A stretch of DNA of 64,000 bases, taken from the NCBI GenBank assembly GCA_004359425.1, contig PTEU01000002.1, positions 462,771 to 526,770 of the forward strand, written 5' to 3'. The notes below the pieces were generated by a model. It was given only the letters and a program-made list of their open reading frames with translations. It did not search any database and was not told the origin of the DNA. The translations under genes were made by a program, and so were the position numbers. Origin of the DNA: Ideonella sp. MAG2. GTDB taxonomy: Bacteria; Pseudomonadota; Gammaproteobacteria; Burkholderiales; Burkholderiaceae_C. Each line of letters starts with the position of its first letter. Position 1 is the stretch's first letter. This document shows, piece by piece, positions 46,477 through 55,188 of the stretch.

Positions 46477-47409
46477 CTAGGTCGCGGTTGCGGGCATTGC
46501 GCTCTGCCGCCAGCGGGCCGGGGGCGCCTGCGGGTGTGGAGGCAGCCGCTTCGGGCAGGGTGATGCGCTCACGGCGTCGGGAACATGGTCTTCACGAGCG
46601 GGGCGTTTGAGGCCCGACTGCAAAGCGTCTATGTGTTCGAAAAGGTCGTCGTTGACTTTTTGCCAAAGCGGGTCAAGGATGAATTCCATGCCTTCGCGAC
46701 GAGCCAGTTTGGCGGCGGGCACAAAGTCGCTGTCGCCAGCCACCAGCACGATGGTGCTGACCTGCTTTTTGAGGGTCAGGCTGGCAATGTCGATGGCAAT
46801 GCGCATGTCCACGCCCTTTTGCCGCAGGCCCAGGGCCACGTCACCGGCTTGCAGGCTTTGCCAGAAGTCGTGGGCGGCGAGCAGTTGTTGCGCTTGCTCG
46901 GTGCTCAGTTGCAGCTGCACGGGCTGGGTCGGGTCAACGGCTTGCTGCAGTTGGGTGGCCAAGCCTTGCAGAGGGGCGAGTTGCTGGCGCGTCTTGAGTG
47001 CGGCTTTGGTTAAGCGTGCAGCCAGCGTCCAGTCGTGATCGCGGTTGACTTTGCCCAAACGCAGCGCCAGCTTGCGTTCTTTGCGAAGTTGTTCAAACAG
47101 CGCCTGCCTGTCTTGCGCCAGCGCTGACTTTGCGAACTCGATTTGTCGGTTGGCGATAGGGTGGTGTGCAACGCCTGTGTAGGGCTCGGCGTCGTAGAAA
47201 AAAGCTCGGTACAGGTGTTGCTGCCAGAACCTGCCACGGTTACCGGTGAGTCGGGCAATATGGTTGAAGCACAAACGGCGAACGGTTTTGGCCAACTGTT
47301 CGGGCGTGCTGGTGTGTTCCGGCCCAAGCTCCTTGCGAACGCGCTTGAGGAAGTAGCCCCCATCAATGAGGATGGCAATCTGGCCCAGGCTCACGGTTGG
47401 CTCCTGCAT
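46477..47409 (-). CDS. NYN/LabA-like (PIN-fold) domain protein
   Basis: IAILIDGGYF ... GVDMRIAIDI ... VLVAGDSDFVPA, with a helical insert. The Pro/Ala-rich tail overlaps the mod 5' region in another frame. Confidence 0.8.
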   Translation of the reverse strand: MQEPTVSLGQIAILIDGGYFLKRVRKELGPEHTSTPEQLAKTVRRLCFNHIARLTGNRGRFWQQHLYRAFFYDAEPYTGVAHHPIANRQIEFAKSALAQDRQALFEQLRKERKLALRLGKVNRDHDWTLAARLTKAALKTRQQLAPLQGLATQLQQAVDPTQPVQLQLSTEQAQQLLAAHDFWQSLQAGDVALGLRQKGVDMRIAIDIASLTLKKQVSTIVLVAGDSDFVPAAKLARREGMEFILDPLWQKVNDDLFEHIDALQSGLKRPAREDHVPDAVSASPCPKRLPPHPQAPPARWRQSAMPATAT

Positions 47410-47517
47410 CGCTGAGGGCCAGAAATGAGAATGCCCCAGGGTTTCTGCACACTCTCGGGATCAGTGAGAGGGCGTACTTCCAAGGGGCGGATGTGCTGCG
47501 CAGTATACACACGCGGT

Positions 47518-50500
47518 TTAGCCACGATATTCCCCCTGGGTGAGTGGGGCCAGCACGGTGTTGAAGGCCTCTGAGACTTTGTCGGCAAAGTCGGCCTGCA
47601 TGGCGTAGACATCGCTGAACTCGGCAAAGGCCCAGCGGCCGTGGGTGCCCAGCGCGTTCACACCGGGCAGCCAACGGGTTTCCATGGCGGCCTTTTTGTC
47701 TTTGGCGTCTTCACCGCGGTAGCCTTTGATCTCCACCACCAGGCGCAGCAGGTCGTCTGGGCCATGGCCGTCATCAACCAGCAAGATGAAGTCGGGGCGG
47801 TAACGGTGGGTTTCTGCCCCCACAAGGTAAGGCACCTCGAAGCCCAGGTTATGGTTTTTGACGTAGCTGCGCACGCGCGGGTGGGACTCGGCCGCCAAGC
47901 AAAAGGCGGCTTCCCAGTCGCTGTCCATGATCAGCCAGTTGAGGTGGCAGTGTTGGCTGCTGGCTTCCCAGCGGGTGGTTTTGGTGGTGGTGAAGTTGAC
48001 GTGCGCGGTGGTGCCCACCGGGTTGTAAGGGTCGAGCACGGCCTGGATTTGGCTTTGGCCTTTCTCGATGCTGGCGCGGTCTATGGCTTGCTTGATGCGC
48101 TCGCAAGCGCGGTCGGCCAGCTCCAGGTAGCAGAGCTGGGCGGGGTAGGTGTCGCCCTTGCAGTCCAGGTGGTCGTCGAGCCACAGTTTGACGATGCGCT
48201 TGAGCTGACCAAAGAGGTGGAGCTTGGGCTCTTCGCCAGGGTCGCGGAACTTGCTGTAGAGCAGATGCTTGGTCAGGTGCATCAGCAGCGTGGAGGTGCG
48301 CATGTCGCGCGTGTGCTCTAGGGTGAGGTTGACGCCCTGGCCAATGATGCCTTCTTGCCGGGTGATGGAGGGGCCTACCAAGTCAGGGGTGAGCACCAAT
48401 TTCGAGTCCGCATTGAAGACGGCTGACATGGTGTCTTCGGCCAGCACCACACGGTAGCCTTGCACGCGGGGAAAGCGGATTTCATGCGCGTCACGCTCGG
48501 GCTTGATGGCTTTGACGGTGACGGTCTCGCGCGGCTTGACGGGCTTGGCAATGGCGGGTTCAGCGTTGAAGTCGAACGGGATGCCCAGCACGTCGGCGTA
48601 TTCCACGTCGAACTTGCCTTCGGCATTCAGCTCGTAGGACTGACGGCGCAGTGCGCGGCCGATGACCTGCTCGCACAAGAGCTGGGTGCCAAAGGCGCGC
48701 ACGCCCAGCACGTGGGTGACGGTGTTGGCGTCCCAGCCCTCGGTGAGCATGGACACCGACACCACGCAACGAATGGACTCTCCCAGGCGGCCCGCTTTGC
48801 CTACGGTATTCATGACTTCGCGAAGCAGCTCGGCGTCGGTGATCTTCTCGGCGGCTTGGCGGTCGCCAGTGCGCTCGATGATCTCGCGGCGGAACTGTTC
48901 AATCTCTGGCCCCGCCATGCTGCGGAAGTTGTCGTCCAGGGCTTCGCCGCTTTCCAGTTGTTCGCTGTCAATCAGCAGGGTGCGGGGGCGGGCCAAGGGC
49001 TGGCCGTTGTCGTCAAAGTTGCGAAACAGCGGCAGGCGGCCAAACTCCAGTTGCTCGGTGCCGTCCACGTTCTGCCGCATGAAGCCAGAGATGTAGTCGT
49101 ACACCAGCTTGGAGGTGGAGGTGTTGTTGCACACCACGATGAAGCAGGGCGGTACGCGAATGCCTTCGTTTTGCCAAAGTTGGAAGGTCTCTTCGTAGTG
49201 GCCGTACAGGGCCGACAGCGCGGTCTGCAGCTTGGTGGGCAGCTTGAGTGGGTCCAGGCCCTCGGCTTTGCCTCGGCCCTTTTTGGGCATGTCTTTGCTG
49301 ATGTTCTCCCACAGGTTGCGGAAGATGGGCACTTCGGCGCCGGGGATGTTGTCGGCCACCGGCACGCGGGGCAGTTTGACAATGCCGCATTCAATGGCGT
49401 CCATGAGCGAGAAGTCGCTCATGGCCCAGGGGAACAAGGTGCCTTCGGCATAGCCTGAGCCGCGCAGGAAAAAGGGCGTGGCGGACAGGTCGATGACGCG
49501 GTTGAGGCCTAACTGGCGTTGAACGGCCTTGATGCCGTTGATCCAGAGCCTTGCTGCCTCATTGTTCTCTTCGGCTTCTTTCTTGTCGTCGCCCTTGAGG
49601 TCTTCACTGTCCACCTTGACGGGCTTTTCTTGGTAGCAGTGGTGAGCCTCGTCGTTGATGACCATGACGTTCTTCATGCCCATCAGCTCGGGCATGACAC
49701 GCTGGATCATCTGGCCTTCGGTTTCCAAGGTGTTCATCGCACCGTTGCCTCGCCCCTGCAAGAGCAAGCGGGTGCCTTTAGCCACCTCCAGCCGCTCGCG
49801 CAGCTTGAAGCCGTGGTAGTTGGTGATGACGATCTTGCAGCGCTCCAGGTCGGCCATCATGTCGGCCGGGATCAACTCGCGAGTCTTGTAGTAGCTGTCG
49901 GCGTCGTTGGGCAACAGCACGCGCAGCCGATCTTTGATGGTCAGCCCTGGGGCCACCAACAAGAAACCGCGCGTGAAGCGCTTGCTGTTGGGGTGGCGTA
50001 CGGCGTTGATCGTCTGCCAAGCAATCAGCATGGCCATGACGGTGGTCTTGCCCGCCCCGGTGGCCAGCTTGAGCGCCAAGCGTGCCAAGCCGGGATTGGC
50101 GTCGTTGTTGGCCGCGTCCAAGTGGTCCAGAAATGTCTGGGCCATACGGCCTCGTGCGGGGGCCACCTCGGTCAGCCAGATCGCGGTTTCAACGGCCTCG
50201 ACCTGACAGAAAAAAGGCCTCACCCCGCTGAAGTTGTGGTGCCGCCAGTGCTGCAGCAGGCGAGCGGTTTCTGGCGTCACGCCCCAGTCGCTGGGGTTGG
50301 GCAGGCTGCGCCACTTGTCCACCTCGGCACGCACGCCATTGATGATGGACGAGTGGTACTTCAGTTCCTCATCGGAGATGCCATCAGCAATGTCCAACTC
50401 TTGCTGAGCGTTGACGCCCTTTCGCTTCTTGGGCTTGGGGATGGGGGTGATGAACTCGGCACGACGACGCGCCTCGATGATGCGTTGCGTGGGCTGCCCG

Positions 50501-50580
50501 GTTTCATCCAACTCCCAATGCCTGGCCGGATACGCGTAGGGCGAGTTCAGGATGGGCTTGTCAAAGAACTGTGAACTCAT
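47518..50580 (-). CDS. res: type III-like restriction enzyme Res (SF2 helicase plus PD-(D/E)xK nuclease)
   Basis: 1020 aa. The N-terminus is FFDKPILNSPYAYPARHWELDETGQPT. Helicase motifs are LATGAGKTTVMAML, INDEAHHCY and QVIGRALRR. The C-terminus YRPDF...VVEIKG looks like a nuclease. Confidence 0.9.
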   Translation of the reverse strand: MSSQFFDKPILNSPYAYPARHWELDETGQPTQRIIEARRRAEFITPIPKPKKRKGVNAQQELDIADGISDEELKYHSSIINGVRAEVDKWRSLPNPSDWGVTPETARLLQHWRHHNFSGVRPFFCQVEAVETAIWLTEVAPARGRMAQTFLDHLDAANNDANPGLARLALKLATGAGKTTVMAMLIAWQTINAVRHPNSKRFTRGFLLVAPGLTIKDRLRVLLPNDADSYYKTRELIPADMMADLERCKIVITNYHGFKLRERLEVAKGTRLLLQGRGNGAMNTLETEGQMIQRVMPELMGMKNVMVINDEAHHCYQEKPVKVDSEDLKGDDKKEAEENNEAARLWINGIKAVQRQLGLNRVIDLSATPFFLRGSGYAEGTLFPWAMSDFSLMDAIECGIVKLPRVPVADNIPGAEVPIFRNLWENISKDMPKKGRGKAEGLDPLKLPTKLQTALSALYGHYEETFQLWQNEGIRVPPCFIVVCNNTSTSKLVYDYISGFMRQNVDGTEQLEFGRLPLFRNFDDNGQPLARPRTLLIDSEQLESGEALDDNFRSMAGPEIEQFRREIIERTGDRQAAEKITDAELLREVMNTVGKAGRLGESIRCVVSVSMLTEGWDANTVTHVLGVRAFGTQLLCEQVIGRALRRQSYELNAEGKFDVEYADVLGIPFDFNAEPAIAKPVKPRETVTVKAIKPERDAHEIRFPRVQGYRVVLAEDTMSAVFNADSKLVLTPDLVGPSITRQEGIIGQGVNLTLEHTRDMRTSTLLMHLTKHLLYSKFRDPGEEPKLHLFGQLKRIVKLWLDDHLDCKGDTYPAQLCYLELADRACERIKQAIDRASIEKGQSQIQAVLDPYNPVGTTAHVNFTTTKTTRWEASSQHCHLNWLIMDSDWEAAFCLAAESHPRVRSYVKNHNLGFEVPYLVGAETHRYRPDFILLVDDGHGPDDLLRLVVEIKGYRGEDAKDKKAAMETRWLPGVNALGTHGRWAFAEFSDVYAMQADFADKVSEAFNTVLAPLTQGEYRG

Positions 50581-50818
50581 TGGGCAAGGCTGGGGAGCAA
50601 ACGGTCAAAAAGCTATCGTAATCGGAAAGTGAGTATCTCCAGGAGCCTCGGGTGGGGACCACGAGGAATCTCTAGACAATTTGGAGAGCGGAGCTACGGA
50701 AGGTCTGCATCAATCAGCCGCTGGCACGCTTAGCAATGACCTGAAGCACTGAGACGTTACGGCCTATTAAGCAACGTAGCCTAGGCCTGGGAATGACGAC
50801 CCCGGCCTGAACGAAGCC

Positions 50819-51485
50819 TTGGCGAACTTCCTACAAACCCACGCCGCCACGCTGGCCCACACGGTGCGAACCCGCAGCACCCAAACCAACGAAGTGGGGC
50901 GCTGCGCCGTGCTGTGGCTGCTGCTGCAAGACCTGGCGCAAGCCCGGCGGCCCCTGGGCAGCACCGCACCGGTGCGCGTAGCCTTGTTCGACTTCGGCTG
51001 CAGCGCCGGCCTGAACCTGGGCCTGCCCTGGATGGGTGTGAACCCGCGCCCACCCCGCCGCCTTGCACCAAGCGCCTGCGGGCCGAGGGTGCTTGCAGGT
51101 GCTGGAAGCCTGGCTGGAGCGCCTGCCCAAGAACACCTGGCCCATCATCCTCAACACCTGGGTGCTTTACTACGCCAGCGGCCCGGCACTGGCCGAGCAC
51201 CGCAGCGCCCTGCAACGCCTGCTGCACCGCCACCGCGCCAGCTGGGTCAGCGCCGAAGACCTGCACACCTCCACCACCTTATTCGGCCCACCACCCACGC
51301 TGCCCCCGGTGGAAGGTGTGAGCAGAGACGAGGCCCTTGCTCAAACCTTTTGGGTCACCGCGCAAGCGCCTGAAGGTGAGCTACAAGCCCGCTATGTGGC
51401 GCGCAGCCACCCGCATGGGCAATGGGTGAGGTGGGATGGCGGCCATGACCGCAACTCGGTCAGCCTTGAGGCCTGGCGGCCTTAG
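50819..51485 (+). pseudogene. DUF2332-like gene, 5'-truncated with an internal deletion and frameshift
   Basis: Frame 1 reads ..TQTNEVGRCAVLW...LFDFGCSAGLNLGL. After a shift, ORF 51063..51485 reads LEAWLERLPKNTWPIILNTWVLYY.. There is no plausible N-terminus. Confidence 0.5.
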
Positions 51486-51837
51486 GCACCTTGCGTTTCG
51501 CGGGCGGCAAGGCGCGCACGTGTTCCAAGCTGCGGCGCACCCAGGTTTGCAGTGCAAGGTCCGAGAGCAAGCCCGGCAAAGCGACAAAGAGTGAGCCACC
51601 GCCCAGCAGCAGCACCCACTGCGCTGTGCCCGTGACTTCGGCTGCGGCCATGGCCAAGAGCGCCATGGGAACCTGCTCGGTGAAATTTCCGTGAGCACGC
51701 ATTTTGCGAAGCAAGGCGTCGTCACCGCCATCAAAGAATTGAATCCCTGTGCGCGCGCGGTGGTAGCCCACCAAGACGGTAAAGGGGATGTGAAGCAAGG
51801 CGAAGATGCCGATGAAGGTGGCAGTGGTGTTCAGCAT
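51460..51837 (-). CDS. MAPEG family membrane protein
   Basis: 125 aa with RKMRAHGNFTEQVPMALL. Confidence 0.7.
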   Translation of the reverse strand: MLNTTATFIGIFALLHIPFTVLVGYHRARTGIQFFDGGDDALLRKMRAHGNFTEQVPMALLAMAAAEVTGTAQWVLLLGGGSLFVALPGLLSDLALQTWVRRSLEHVRALPPAKRKVPKAARPQG

Positions 51838-51974
51838 GGCTGCTCCGAGGGGTCAAGCGGGCTCGCAATGGAGTCCGCAGGATAGGCACACTCATGGGCT
51901 TCGATACCCCCCGCAAACCCTATGCATCTGCACAGCCTAGGGAGCGCAGGAGCACAGAGTGAGACGGGAAAGTC

Positions 51975-52406
51975 TCATACGGGCTTGAAGAACACCAACT
52001 CCACATCAGACTCGTCCAGATTGTCGATGTGGCCGCTGCGAACAAAGCCTGCATTTTCAAACAGACGCTGCGCCACGATGTTGGAAGCATTGGTGCTCGT
52101 GAACAGTTTGAGCGCAGCGCATTGCTGCTCTACGTGCGCCAGCAGTGCGCGCCCGATTCCCTGCCCCTGATGAGCTTCTGCCACGCAGACAAGGTGGATG
52201 AAGGCATGACCGAAGAAGCTGCGGTCCCACACCGCAAACCCCAGAAGTCCTTCCGCACCGACCGCCACATGGCAGTGCCCATCAGCCACCCATTGCTTCA
52301 AGGCCTCTACACGCTCTGCATGCGTTTGGGCATAGGCATCGCAAACCAGAAGATTTGGCAGGTCAGAGGAAAGGGCGAGACGGCAACGCACAAAGCTTTC
52401 AGTCAT
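51975..52406 (-). CDS. GNAT family N-acetyltransferase
   Basis: ATG at 52406 inside ORF 51975..52466. VAEAHQGQGIGRALL and NIVAQRLFENAGF. Confidence 0.8.
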   Translation of the reverse strand: MTESFVRCRLALSSDLPNLLVCDAYAQTHAERVEALKQWVADGHCHVAVGAEGLLGFAVWDRSFFGHAFIHLVCVAEAHQGQGIGRALLAHVEQQCAALKLFTSTNASNIVAQRLFENAGFVRSGHIDNLDESDVELVFFKPV

Positions 52407-52410
52407 ACCC

Positions 52411-53034
52411 TCACTCACGACCTTCCGCATCCCGCAGTCGCCGCCGAATGCGTGAGAGCGCCACATCGGTCAAGCCCAGGTAGCTGGCCAGACGGTGTTG
52501 GGGGACCTGCTCCAGCCATGAGGGGGCGTCTCGCAAGACCTGTAGATAGCGATCGGTAGCGCTGAGCATCAGCCATTGGTGCTCACGCTGCGTCAGGCGT
52601 TGACGTTCGGCCGTCAAGGCTTGCAACAACCAGTCGGCCACGCGGGCATCCAGGGCCTTGGCCTGGTCGAGTTGCTGAGGACTCAACACCCGAAGACAAC
52701 TGGGCACTTGGGCCTCGATGCGCCAGGCCCCTGCAGGAAGGCCCAGCGGCGGCGCCAGCCAATGGGCGGCAGCGTGGAAGTGATGCACCCGCTCGCGGCC
52801 TTGAGGGTCGGCAAACACCGTGGCCAGTAGGCCCTCTTCCACCCAACAGGCCGCTGCCACGTCGGGTGCCGCCTGCCACGCTTGGCCAGCAGCCAAGCTG
52901 ATGCGAGGCAAGGCTTGCCAATAGGCCCGTAAGGCTTCTCCAGCCCACAGGTCCTCCAGCCAGTGAGGCTCGCAGACAGCGCAGGCTGAGGAGCTGAAGG
53001 TGGACGATGCGACAGGGTCGGTGGCAGGCGTCAT
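52411..53034 (-). CDS. Crp/Fnr family transcriptional regulator
   Basis: The C-terminal HTH is HRLASYLGLTDVALSRIRRRL. Its stop is 4 nt before the GNAT start. Confidence 0.75.
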   Translation of the reverse strand: MTPATDPVASSTFSSSACAVCEPHWLEDLWAGEALRAYWQALPRISLAAGQAWQAAPDVAAACWVEEGLLATVFADPQGRERVHHFHAAAHWLAPPLGLPAGAWRIEAQVPSCLRVLSPQQLDQAKALDARVADWLLQALTAERQRLTQREHQWLMLSATDRYLQVLRDAPSWLEQVPQHRLASYLGLTDVALSRIRRRLRDAEGRE

Positions 53035-53111
53035 GTCTTGCGTGAACTTGGGTTAATGCGAACTGTGGGTCACCTGCGCAAAGTCGAGGCCTTGTTGCAC
53101 CAGAAGAGGAC

Positions 53112-53909
53112 TTGACCATGGATTGTGAACGCACCGCGCGCTGGAATCTGCCCCACCTGCTGGCCCTGGCCTTGTGGCTCCCTGTGGGTGCAGGACTTTT
53201 GAGTCACCTCGCACCCAGCAGCGCCACCGCCATATGGCTCATGCTGTGCTTGTTGGGCTTTGGCCTGGCCGAGCGGAAGTGGCCCTACAGGCCCGACTGG
53301 CACCCCTTCGCCAAAACCATGGGGGTCGACGCTGCACTGCTGCTGGCCGCTGCCTTGGTCGACGGACTGCTCAAATACGGGGGCCTGTGGTTGGCCCAAG
53401 GGCTAGCAAGCCTGGATCACGATCCCGGATGGGCGGCTGCCTGGCCCCTGGTGGTGGCCGTGCCTGCGGCGGTGGCGCTGGGGGAATTGGGGCCGTATGC
53501 GCTGCACAGCTGGGCCCACAGCAGGTGGGGCTGGCGCTGGCACCGGATTCATCATGCCCCCACTCAGGTCAATACCAGCAACAGCGTGCGGGTTCACCCG
53601 CTGAATCTGGCCTGGAATGTGGCCTCGCGCGGCTTGCTGTGGTGGGGCCTGGGCTTCAGCCCCGAGGCCCTGGCATGGGCCACGATGTTCATGCTGCTTC
53701 AGAGCGTCGCCGTGCACGCCAATGTTCAAGGCGACATCGGACCGCTCGCCTGGGTGATCGGCAGTGCCCAGGCGCACCGCTGGCACCACAGCACCGAGCC
53801 TGAAGAAGCATTGAACTTTGGCACCAGCTTGCCGCTGTGGGACCAACTCCTAGGCACTTGGCACAGGCCCGCCGAAGCCGGACCGAAAGAGGTTGGGCTC
53901 CACCGATAA
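53112..53909 (+). CDS. sterol desaturase / fatty acid hydroxylase family membrane protein
   Basis: Histidine boxes HSWAH, HRIHH and HRWHH. Start is either TTG 53112 or ATG 53118. Confidence 0.8.
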   Translation: MTMDCERTARWNLPHLLALALWLPVGAGLLSHLAPSSATAIWLMLCLLGFGLAERKWPYRPDWHPFAKTMGVDAALLLAAALVDGLLKYGGLWLAQGLASLDHDPGWAAAWPLVVAVPAAVALGELGPYALHSWAHSRWGWRWHRIHHAPTQVNTSNSVRVHPLNLAWNVASRGLLWWGLGFSPEALAWATMFMLLQSVAVHANVQGDIGPLAWVIGSAQAHRWHHSTEPEEALNFGTSLPLWDQLLGTWHRPAEAGPKEVGLHR

Positions 53910-53946
53910 TGGGCGCTTCTCTCCACACCCTTCACTGAGACACCCC

Positions 53947-55140
53947 ATGTTTGCCCACATCGAGCCCTATGGCGGCGACCCCATCCTGACCCTGAACGAG
54001 AACTTCCAGAAGGACCCGCGCGAGGGCAAGATCAATCTGTCGATTGGCATTTACTTTGACGATGCCGGGCGCATTCCAGTGATGGGCGTGGTGCAAGAGG
54101 CCGAGCGGCGCATGGCGGCCAACGTCGGCCCCAAGCCTTATCTGCCGATGGAGGGCTTGGCGGCCTTTCGCAGCGGTGTGCAAAACCTGCTGTTCGGCAC
54201 CGAGCATGCCGCCCTGAAGGCAGGCCGCGTGACCACCATCCAAACCGTGGGCTCTTCGGGCGGCTTGAAGGTGGGGGCGGACTTCATTGCCCGCTGGTTC
54301 CCCGGCAGCGCCGTCTGGGTGAGTGACCCGACCTGGGACAACCACCGCGCGGTGTTTGAAGGCTCTGGCCTGACGGTGAACACTTATCCGTATTACGACC
54401 CAGCCACCGGTGGCTTGCGTTTTGACGCGCTGCTGCAGACCTTGCAGGGCTTGCCTGCCAAGAGTGTGGTGCTGTTGCACGCCTGCTGCCACAACCCGAC
54501 CGGGGTGGACTTGACGGCGGCCCAGTGGGACGCGCTGATCCCGGTGCTGCGCGAGCGCGGCCTGATCGCCTTCTTGGACATTGCCTACCAGGGCTTTGGC
54601 GACGGCATGGTGCAAGACGCCTATGCCATCCGCGCACTTAGCCGTGCGGGCTTGTCCTTCTTCGTCGCCAACTCGTTCTCTAAGAGCTTGTCGGTCTATG
54701 GCGAGCGCTGCGGTGCGCTCTCAGTGGTGTGCCCCGACAAGGCTCAGGCTGAGTTGGTGCTGGGTCAGCTCAAGTTCACCGTTCGTCGCAACTATTCGAA
54801 CCCGCCGCTGCATGGCGGCCAGTTGGTGGCCACCATCCTGAACGACCCGGCTTTGTTCAAGCAGTGGGGCGAGGAGTTGGATGCGATGCGCGTGCGCATT
54901 AGCCAGATGCGCGAGCAGTTGCATGCCATCGTCAGCGCCAAGGTGCCGGGCCGCGATTTCAGCTACTTCCTGACGCAGCGCGGCATGTTCAGCTACACCG
55001 GCCTCTCCCCGGCTCAGGTGGACCGCTTGCGCGAGGAGTTCGGCGTCTATCTGGTGCGCTCGGGCCGCATTTGCGTGGCCGGCTTGAACAGCCGCAATGT
55101 GGAACGGACGGCGCAGGCCATGGCTGAGGTGCTCAAGTAA
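53947..55140 (+). CDS. aromatic/aspartate aminotransferase (TyrB/AspC class I)
   Basis: ATG at 53947. MFAHIEPYGGDPILTLNENFQKDPREGKINLSIGIYFDD and SFSKSLSVYGERCG (PLP lysine). Confidence 0.92.
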   Translation: MFAHIEPYGGDPILTLNENFQKDPREGKINLSIGIYFDDAGRIPVMGVVQEAERRMAANVGPKPYLPMEGLAAFRSGVQNLLFGTEHAALKAGRVTTIQTVGSSGGLKVGADFIARWFPGSAVWVSDPTWDNHRAVFEGSGLTVNTYPYYDPATGGLRFDALLQTLQGLPAKSVVLLHACCHNPTGVDLTAAQWDALIPVLRERGLIAFLDIAYQGFGDGMVQDAYAIRALSRAGLSFFVANSFSKSLSVYGERCGALSVVCPDKAQAELVLGQLKFTVRRNYSNPPLHGGQLVATILNDPALFKQWGEELDAMRVRISQMREQLHAIVSAKVPGRDFSYFLTQRGMFSYTGLSPAQVDRLREEFGVYLVRSGRICVAGLNSRNVERTAQAMAEVLK

Positions 55141-55188
55141 GACTCAAAGACCCTGCTTGGGAGGCAAGAGACGTCCAAGCGGTCACAG

